A stretch of 61,782 nucleotides of DNA from Negaprion brevirostris. Lineage: Eukaryota. The notes beneath the pieces were generated by a model that saw only the letters and a program-made list of their open reading frames with translations, did no database searches and was not told where the DNA came from. A program made the position numbers and the translations under genes. The DNA lies in assembly GCA_030324005.1 (NCBI GenBank), contig JARDVH010000163.1, forward strand, positions 25,688,998-25,750,779. The letters are read 5' to 3'. This document shows positions 25,546 to 34,489 of this stretch, piece after piece (position 1 is the first letter of the stretch; each line of letters starts with the position of its first letter).

Positions 25546-27596
25546 CTACCCAGTGATGTTTAACAGTCTACAGACCTCCTTGTAGATGGCATCTGTGAAA
25601 CGGGTTCCGTGATCGGCGTCAGTACGGTTCAGGACTTCCCATCTGGGAATGTAGTCCTTATACATAACCTTGGCTTTATGTTTGCCAATGGATTGCCTTG
25701 CTGGGGCAGCCTCCAGCCATCTGGAGAATCTGTCCACAATGACAAAAACATGGAGGGAAAGATATATAGTTGACCTATAAATCCTGGAATGGTCCTGCTG
25801 GTGCAGGGACATTACCGTGATGGGTCCTGGATTGTTTTTCTACCAGACCACACAACAGTCTGTTACCAGCTGGGTGCATTTCTTGAATCCTTGCTCCTAC
25901 CAGCTTTTCTGAAACCGTGCCGTTTTCTGCTGCAGGGACAGGTGTCCCCATGAGTGCATCTGCAGTGCCAGAAAGGGCATCAGTGCCTGGAGTATGACTG
26001 GTTTCTTAATGTCTCTTTGCCTCCATATATCATCTTTCCATAGCTTTATTCCTGCCTCGATCCATGTCCATTTTTTCTTCCCATGTGCATTCATTTTCAC
26101 CTTCTTCAAATCTTGTGTCAGACTAAGCGCTCCCAGTCTGCACATCTGAGTTGATTCTTCCAACCAGGGTAGATTGTGAGGCAGCCTCTTTGGCTGCCTG
26201 GTCATTTCCCTTTGCCATCTCAGTATTTTCCTTCATATGGACTTTGCACTTCAAAATAGACATCCTCTGGTGCAACTATATGGCTTCTAGTAAGTCTCGG
26301 ACATCTCTCCCATTATGGATGGGTCTACCTGCAGCCATGAAGAAACCCCTTCTTTGCCATAGCTGACCAAAGTCGCGGGGGACTCCGAAAGCGTACCATG
26401 AGTCCATATAAGTATTAGCTATTTATCCTTCTGCTAACCGGCAGGCTTCTGCCAAGGTTTGCAGTTTGGCCTGTTGACCTGACATTCCTGGGGGTAGACA
26501 GCCCTTTTCCATAACTTCATGTATGGTTGTAACTGCTCATCCTGCTTTTCTGACACCATTGTCAACATAGGAGGAGTCATCGGTGAAAAGAATGAGATCT
26601 GGGTTGGGTGGGGGGTCTTCCACTGCTAAGGCAACTTCTTCTGTTTCTTTTAGCAGTTCCACACATACTCTTCCTCCTCAGGAAAAGGGAGCATAGTTGC
26701 AGGGTTAACTGGACTAACCCGGACGATTTAGAAATTGTGGGCCTTCAGAACCACTATCCAACTGGTCCATTGGGCTATCGTGATCTGCGATACTCTGTTC
26801 ATTGACAACCAAACATGGACTGTGTGGGGATACTTGACAGTTAGCTTCTGATCCAGAACACCAGGTGTGAGGGCGATTATGGCTCCAAAGATGGCATCCA
26901 TGGCCCTCGGGCAACTTCCTCATCCGAGGGCTACTGTATCCAATTTTGCCGCATAGTAGCTAATAGGCCTTTGTTGGTACCATGTTCCTGTATCAGTATA
27001 GCTGTCATAGATTGTTCCTTTTCATGGACAAACAAGGTGAAGGGCTTCCATTGTTGGGGATTCCTAGTGCTGGTGTAGGGCACAAAGCTGCTGGTGTAGG
27101 GCACAAAGCGTCTTTAACATCCCTGAAAGCCTCTGTTCTTTCATGAAGGGAATAGCCTCCTTTAATGTCCATTTTCCCTTTAAAAGGTCATTCAGTGGTT
27201 GGGTAAACTGTGTGTAAAGTCCACCCAACTTCTGTTAAAGTTGCACAGACCCAAAAAGGATCTCAGTTCTTTGATCATAGTAGGCTGTTTAGTGTGGCCC
27301 TATCCTGGGTAAGTTCTCTCTTTCTCTCTGAAATTTTCTGTCCCAGTTACTCAACCCTTTTTTGGATTCTCTGTGCTTTGTTGATGCTAGCCTTCAGGTG
27401 AAGATGATCCAGCAGGGTGTGTTAGTCCTACGTGTGCTGTTCTTCCACGTTGGAGGCTAACAGGCTATCATCCACACATTGGATAACCTTGGAGGACAAT
27501 GTGGGTAGTTCTCGCAAATGGCTTTGTAAGGCCATATGAAGTACCATAGGGCTATTGTGAAACCCCTGAGGTAGCTGGGTCCAGGTATATTGGACC

Positions 27597-27665
27597 GGCT
27601 AGCATGGGAGCGGAGCAGGCTCGAAGGGCAAAATTGCCTCCTCCTGCTCCTATCTTCTATGTTGT
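27597..27665 (+). mobile_element. Very short 5'-truncated CR1 3'-tail insertion in RT
   Basis: ggagcaggctcgaagggc...cctgctcctatcttctatgtt, flanked by tattggacc / tactggacc (9-bp TSD, 1 mismatch). Confidence 0.75.
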
Positions 27666-27690
27666 TACTGGACCATAAAGGCAAACAATG

Positions 27691-27930
27691 AACAAAGAAG
27701 ATTACAGCACAGGAACAGGCCCATCGGTCCTTGAAGCCTACAGCGACCATGCAGCCTGACTGAACTAAAATCCCCTACCCTCCCGAGGACCATATGCCTC
27801 TATTCCTATCCTATTCATAGATTTGTCAAGATGCCCCTTATAAGTCATTATTTTATTTGCTTCCATATCTTCCCCGCTTGCGAGTTCCAGGCACCCACCA
27901 CCCTCTGTGTAAAAAACTTGCCTCGTACAT
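27691..27930 (-). mobile_element. CR1 3' end insertion in RT
   Basis: Closely similar to 3130-3370 and 54532-54735. It splits the RT motif QP(W)FAF. Confidence 0.85.
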
Positions 27931-29102
27931 CTATGGTTGGACCTCAGGTGATAGTGGCACCAAAATCCAGTGGCCATGTTGGTGACTGAGAAGTACTTAT
28001 GTTCCAGGGTTAAGGTGTTAAAAATGGTGGAGGCGCCTGTGATAAGATGGGCCTTTTGATCAATCCACTGATTGGCCTTTCTGTAGTCTATGGTCAAATG
28101 CCAAGTTCCATTTGATTTATTTACTGATCATACAGGGCTTTTAGATGAGCTGTGTGCCTTGACTAGCATGCCTTGTTTCTCCAGTTGTTGAATAACTGGC
28201 AGGGTGCCGGGCTGATGGGGTACTGCCTGGTACAGGGTTGTGGTGTTCCAGTGAATGAGGCTGGTTCCATCTGGAGTAAGCCGCAATTATTCTTACCTTG
28301 GGCCTATATTGGGAGGTACATGCAGTCTTCCTTTTTCAAAGGATTGATAGACCACGTCACCTTACCCTTTTTAAAACCCAAAAAGGAGTTTAGCTGAACC
28401 AGGATGTCCATTCCAAGTAAGGCTTGTTGTACCAGTTCCATCCAAACTCGGATAGTCACTTCGTGAGGACCAAGGTGAATTCTAGTGGGTTTAGTCTGCT
28501 GGAGTTTTATATTACCTCCACTTGTCACTTGTGCTATTATCAGTTGGTTGTTCATGCAGAAATATCTTTTGTATTTCAGTGTTAGACAGTTTAACTCTAC
28601 TCCGCTGTCCAGGAGACAGTCTATGTCTTGATTGCCCACCCATATCATTATGTATATCACATCTCCCCTCTGTTCCACTAGCACCAGAAGCGGGGCTGTG
28701 AAGACAAGGGCGGGCTCTGCTAATTTTTTGCTGCATCTAGCAACACACCTTGTTGCTCTGTGGTGAGCTGCTTAAACTTCTTCAAACATTCTTCATCTTC
28801 AAACTGATGCTGAGACTGTTGGTATCCCTGACATCCGTTATCTTACTGCTTGGCTTGGCATGTTTTTGCCCTGTGACCTTTTCCGCCTGGTAGGAGAGCC
28901 TGGTAGAATCCTTGGGTTTCCCTCTGTTTGCAGGATGCAGATTTTGGCTCCTGTATCCTGATCTATTTGATTACACCGCTCCAATACTGTTGCGAATGTT
29001 GTTCCGACTTTGTCCCAGTTTGGCGAATGTAACTTTACTATCTTTGCCAATTCTGGCTTTAGGCCAGTGACAAATGCAGCTTTCACGGGTCCAAAAGTAT
29101 TG

Positions 29103-30026
29103 ATATGGAGACGCCGGCACTGGACTGGGGTAAGCACAGTAAAAAGTCTCACAACACCAGGTTAAAGTCTAACAGGTTTATTTGGTAGCACAAGCTTTCG
29201 AAGTGTCACTGCTTCAGGTGAGTTATGAGTTGTGTTCACAAACAGGACACATATAGACACAAACTCAATTTACGAGATAATGGTTGGAATGCGAGTCTTT
29301 GCAGGTAATCAAGTCTTAAAGGTACAGACAATGCAAGTGGAGAGGGGGTTAAGCACAGGTTAAAGAGGTGCGCATTGTCTCCAGTCAGGACAGTTAGTGA
29401 GATTTTGCAAGCCCAGGCAAGTTGTGGGGGTTCCAAGTAGTGTGACATGAACCCAAGAGGGCATCTCCATGTGTGCAGAACTTGGCTATCAGTTTCTGCT
29501 CAGCGATTCTGCATTGTCGTGTGTCATGAAGGCCGCCTTGGAGAATGCTTACCGGAAGATCAGAGGCCGAATGCCTGTGACTGCTGAAGTGTTCCCCAAT
29601 AGGAGGAGAACACTCCTGCCTGGTGATTGCCGAGCAGTGTTCATTCATCCGTTTTCGTAGCGTCTGCATGGTCTCGCCAATGTACCATGCCTCAGGACAT
29701 CCTTTCCTGCAGTGTATCAAGTAGACAATGTTGGCCAGTTCTGTGATTTATCCTAAGTTGCACTAACTGTCCTGGCTGGAGACAATACACCTGTGCTTTA
29801 ACCTGTTCTTAACCCTCTCTCTACTCAGATTGTCTGTACTTTTAAGACTTGATTACCTGTAAAGACTTGCATTCCAACCATTATCTTGTAAATTGTGATT
29901 GTGTCTATATGTGCCCTGTTTGTGAACACAACTCATCACTCACCTGGAGAAGGAATGACACTCCGAAAGCTTGTGCTACCAAATAAATATGTTGGACTTT
30001 ATCCTGCTGTTGTGAGACTTCTTATT
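29103..30026 (-). mobile_element. Penelope-like element (GIY-YIG fragment with inverted pseudo-LTRs) inserted in gag
   Basis: ORF 29394..29720 reads CRKGCPEAWYIGETMQTLRKRMNEH (GIY-YIG). 29138-29400 is the reverse complement of about 29761-30026. TSD of 14 bp, gtccaaaagtattg / gtccaaaggtattg. Confidence 0.9.
29941..29975 (+). ncRNA. Degenerate minimal hammerhead ribozyme in Penelope pLTR
   Basis: cac-CTGGAGA-aGGAatgacacTCC-GAAAGCTT-gtg: CUGANGA core with one mismatch, GAAA box, and palindromic stem III AAGCTT. Confidence 0.6.
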
Positions 30027-31193
30027 GTCCAAAGGTATTGCCATCCATTTCTTCGGCACCGGCATTGTCTATTCCTGAATATTCCGTCCACACAGCCCTA
30101 AACCGTTCATCATACTCCCATACCTCTTCTGTACCTCTCTGCTGATAGGCTGCTATTTTTCCCCAATCTGTTTTGGCGGCACTGAATACATGTAGCCACC
30201 TGTAGCTTTCACTAATGGTTTTACCACCTGCCTTGGCAGCCTCAGACTTGATCTTGACCCGTTTTCTGTTTAATGGTGCGAGTCTTATAACAGAAGTCCC
30301 TTCTGCAATGTTGCTGCACTCGCTAGAGTTGCTAGAGGACCCTGAGTCTGCTTCTAAACCAGCCTCACGCCCTTGCCTGTCTCGCTGTTCTTTTTCTATT
30401 TGTCGCATACTAGGGTAACCTGACCAGGACCCAATACATACTCCTTTAAATGATGTTTGTCCTTTATAAGATGGTTCTTTATAATCTCAGTTCTTAGCTT
30501 TAAAAGTTGTATTTTCAGTCTTAAGTCCCTTATTTTCCACTTCTAACTTTCTAACTTTGTATACTGCTTTTAGTTGGTTCTTTGCATTAGTCAGATCGTG
30601 GTCATGTTGGGAGTTCTTTAACATTTCATTCCTTTGTTGGATCTGGCCCAGGACAGCTAAGGACAAACTTATGAATTCCTTATCCTTCATATGGCTCGTT
30701 TTTCCCAGATCCTCTTTATCTCATTCAAGGATCACTGTCCCTTGGAGATGCCGTACTTCTGTTCAATCTCAGTACAGGTTTTGGGCAAGTCAAATTGATG
30801 TTCGATATGTTCTCTTAGTTGTTGCAGAACTTTATCCTCAAAAACATTGGATGGCGCCTGGCCGCCTCTTACTGTGATCGGTAACTGATTCTGTAGAGGA
30901 GTTTTGGTCTGACTTTTCGTTTCTGTCATGGTGATGGTCGTTATGGGGTTAATGAGTCTTGAGCTGTAGGCAATCCTAGCTGGGTCGGAGTCTTATCACA
31001 GACATCGCCAAAACGAGATATCTCTAAGTGGGGCCTTGCGATATAGGACAGAACATCAGTTTGTCAAGGATTGCGTAAAGGGGAGGACGAGATTTAGATA
31101 ATCGACCAAGGACTTTTAATTAAGAGGAGTTCTTACCTCCAGGGTCACGACATAAGTTCGATGTCCTGAATTCAGTCCAATAGGCCTTCAGCA

Positions 31194-31211
31194 TTCCTGT
31201 TCGTGATGCCA
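31194..31211 (-). promoter_or_regulatory. Primer-binding site, tRNA-Ser(CGA)
   Basis: Minus-strand TGGCATCACGAACAGGAA, 5 nt from the 5' LTR. The + strand TTCCTGTTCGTGATGCCA matches the 3' end of a vertebrate tRNA-Ser(CGA), ATCCTGTTCGTGACGCCA (recalled, not searched), at 16/18. Confidence 0.8.
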
Positions 31212-31216
31212 GAAGC

Positions 31217-31688
31217 TGTTGGGCCCACTCATTCGTTTAAACACTTGGTATGAGTTTAAAAATGGTTTTCTTTTATTGAACAGAACTTGAAAGATTAACA
31301 TGACAGAAGAAAACGTGAACTTGGAGACTGGCTTCTCAGTAGGACTCTACTGAACTTGAACACACTGAACTGGAGCATGAAACACACACTCTGAAACTAA
31401 AACATATTTCAATCCTTATCTCGCCACTGGAAGTGTTTTCCGCAGGCTGTCTCTGTCTTAGAAAAAGAATCCTCGCAGCTGCTGTTATGCTGTTATTTGC
31501 CTGCATTGTGTACTTTTCAGGAATGCAGTCAATTTCTAGCTAACCGTTAACCTTCAGATTCTACATGTGGTCAAGTTAGCAGTCAATTGGTAAGCTTAGC
31601 AGAGTTAGTTGCATAGGCTGAAATACCTTAAAATGAAGTCCTTGCGTAGACTGAAGCAAACAGGGCTAAGCACACATAGGATCTCTCA
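31217..31688 (-). repeat. ERV 5' LTR
   Basis: TG...CA termini and direct repeat of 22182-22683. Minus-strand AATAAA at 31272-31277. Confidence 0.9.
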
Positions 31689-33289
31689 TTGCTGCTCATT
31701 GAGAAGTCAGTTATTCACATTGATTAGCATTGTTGATTCTCCAGTCAGGAATTAGGGTAAAGGATAATTGGCCATGAGCTTGGATGAAAGGAAAGATGTT
31801 TGAGGTTTTTTTTAGATATAAATAGTACTAATTTTTGGATTTTATCTTTGTTCAAAGTATTTCATGATAAGCAACTTATAATCATTTTTGTGCATTGAAT
31901 GTTTAAGCATTGCTGGATTTTGACTATCAGTGTTTCACACACTAGGAATTACATATACTCCAGAGATGATGAAATAAATATTTAGGATCTATTCTCTTAC
32001 CCATATTAAAGTTCCATTGAAAATAATATTACTTTGTCAAAAAATGTGTTTTAGACTTGTCAGCCTTAAACTATACCTAAGAATCACAGTTGTTGCACCT
32101 ACTTTCAGCCAAAATTATTTATCTACACTGGCTCAATGTATACTACAGTCTGGACAGGGAATTCAATGACAAAAAGACTTAGACTGATTATATTCAGGCC
32201 TAGATCTTTGCAACAATGGGAGTCTCTCTTTTATCCTGAAAATGGCAGGAGGAAATAATGAGGGTCAGAGACAGGGAAGAGGGAACCGGTAGTTTGGCAG
32301 GTGGTTGATGGGCACACAGAGGCAGACACGAAGGAGGAGATCAGGCAGGTCGATGAGGTTGGGATATTCAGGAAGGCAGGGAACATACATGTTCACTTGG
32401 ACATTGTAGAAGGAAAAGGGTTTAGGCTGGAGGGTAATGGAAGGGAGGTCAGAGGTGATACCGGGAATTGGTTAATAACAGGGGAATGGGGACAGGAATG
32501 GAGGGGGTTGCTGACCACCATTTTCTGAAATCAAAAGTAAACAGAGCCTTGGATTGGATGCGGACACAGGTGCTGCACGGAGATATAGGTCAGTTGAGAT
32601 TAACAACTGAAAGAAAATTCCAGCAGGCAGCATTGGAAATGCTTGGACAGTGAGATGCATGTGATGGAAGAAGGCTCCACGTGCCTGGGAGAGTTCCTCA
32701 AAGAAGCTCAGAAAGGTTCCCCTACATACATATCTTTTCCTCCAGATTCACTCGTAGTCTGACTGCTACTGGAGAGTGATGCACGGTGAGCATTTGCAAA
32801 GTCTGTAAATGATGCAGAAAGGTCACAACATCACCCATGATTTGGTGATATTTAGTTACTTTTCACTTTATAAATGAATGCTGCTGCCATCACATCCCAG
32901 GCTGGTTTGATGACTGGTGGATCTCCTTTGGTCAGCGGGGTTAAAAGAAAATGCAGCAGCCTTCTACTATGCTGGCAGGTGCTCCAAATATGCGCCACAA
33001 ACTGTGGAGACTGCCATCATCTTTGCTTTCGGGGCCATATGTCACCTGGGGCAGTCCTGGCTTGTAGACATGAAGGACGCTGTGCTCAAGTGCCCTTTAC
33101 ATATGGTACTCAGATGGAGCAAATCCAAGCTCTCCTGCCAGAGATCCAGTGTGTTTTCCATGATTGATTTTTAATGAGGCTGACAATGCTAGGAAGTGAG
33201 CAATATGATGGAGAAGCCTGAATTGTGGCCAGCATGTAAAATGTTTTTTACAACTGTGACCGTACAATCGTGGGACAATTTTGCCATGA

Positions 33290-33440
33290 CTTTTTGCTTT
33301 GTACCATCATCCCTTTTGTCATTTAATCTGTTCTGACTTCTATCCTATCACAAACCTTACCTTTTGTTTTTTCGCCCAACCTTCCTCTTATTCTGAATTT
33401 GCTTAAGACCCACTACTTCTCTAATTTTTTATTGTTCAGA
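33290..33440 (+). mobile_element. Penelope pLTR/3' fragment (continues at 34282-34310)
   Basis: accatcatcccttttgtcatttaatct...cctatcaca...ttgcttaa pattern, like the 3' region of the Penelope at 51.7-51.9 kb. The hammerhead core resumes after the insertion. Confidence 0.5.
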
Positions 33441-33441
33441 C

Positions 33442-34281
33442 TGAGATACACTTAGCCTTTAAGAAATTTATCTAAGTCATGTTTCTTTTGCAGGATCTGA
33501 TTTAGTTGTTTCTTTGTGACCGGCATCCTGTATTGTTACTGTAGTGGCATAATTGATCTTAATTGCAACAATGTTTATTTTAAAATGTACTAATGCAGGG
33601 TTGTTAGTTTTGAGATTTCCCCAGGGGTTTTGCAGAAAAGGACTTGATTAGGTTGGTTGACAGATAAGGTCATGTGATTAGATGAAGCTTACGCAACTTA
33701 CAGCTCACAGAGAATTCAAACTTAGTTGCTATTTAGATGCTACCTGGAGTTGAGAGAGCAGTGTCTGTTTCCACCTCTCTGAAGTTGGAGATTGGAATCT
33801 GCCAGGAGATAAGTTTCTTTCTCTGAGATTCTGCTGTATGAGAATGTTTCTTTCTCAGAGTTGTCGTTTGAGGATATATTGTTCTCTGGAAACTGCTATC
33901 CCGATCTCTGTCCAGAAGTGTTAAAAGATTGGAAATCTAGCAACACATGAGCATACTTGTTTTTGTGCTAATTAATTCTGAAGAAGCATGTATGTCTGTG
34001 GGGACATTGTTTTAAATTGGAACTATAGAAATTGCTCCTTGTTAAAAATTGTACTTTGTCATGTTTAAGTGTTTTAATTGGTAAAAGTTATGCTAATTCA
34101 TTTTGCTATATTCTAACTGTGAGCTTAGAGTTTGTTTTGTCAGACACTTCCTAGTAAGTCAATTGCGGCATGGCTGGAATGAAGTACCTTATGCTCACCC
34201 TACTGTCAAAAATCAAAATAACAGTTGGAGTCCAAGCTAACTTCATAATATACATTGGAATTTCTGATCTGGTTCCTGACA
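33442..34281. mobile_element. Probable solo LTR
   Basis: About 840-bp block with TG...CA termini (tgagat...cctgaca) interrupting a Penelope remnant. The 5' boundary is uncertain. Confidence 0.5.
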
Positions 34282-34489
34282 TGATGAAGGGTCATCATCT
34301 TGAAACATTGGCCAGGATTTTACTATATGCTTCAGAACCTTGAGCTCGGGATCAAATGGTGTTTGGAGCTTGCACTTTTTGGCAGTGGGACTGGATCAAT
34401 AATTTTTTTCTTTATGGCAGCATCTGGCCTTAACAACCAATTATGAATGGTGGACAGGATGTAGGTGCTGCAGCCCTACCAGAGAAGGA

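Larger units (their letters stand above)
24890..28729 (-). pseudogene. pol: Retroviral pro-pol (protease, RT, tether, RNase H, integrase), disrupted
   Basis: PR LLDSG. RT NGTWHLTIDYRKAN, YFSVTNMATGFW, QYTWTQLPQGFHNSP and IQCVDD (27467-27478, degenerate YVDD). Tether RPISYYAAKLD. RNase H LFTDDSS...GNDQAAKEAA. IN HSWGH, VIVDRFSRWLEA, DADHGTRFT, RATP...SPF...GRPM. Confidence 0.92.
28720..30929 (-). pseudogene. gag: Retroviral gag (frameshifted; interrupted by Penelope)
   Basis: accATG at 30929; coiled-coil-like segment; MHR-like QQRGTEEVWEYDERF; AFVTGLKPEL; degenerate zinc knuckle GKGHRAKTC; ends ...LDAAKN* (TAG at 28720-28722). Confidence 0.8.
22182..31688 (-). mobile_element. Full-length degraded endogenous retrovirus (LTR-gag-pro-pol-env-LTR)
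   Basis: Two ~88%-identical LTRs (hand count of about 55 mismatches over about 470 aligned nt), PBS, PPT, and gag/PR/RT/RNase H/IN/Env motifs in canonical order. Flanked by ttgctgct on both sides. Confidence 0.95.
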
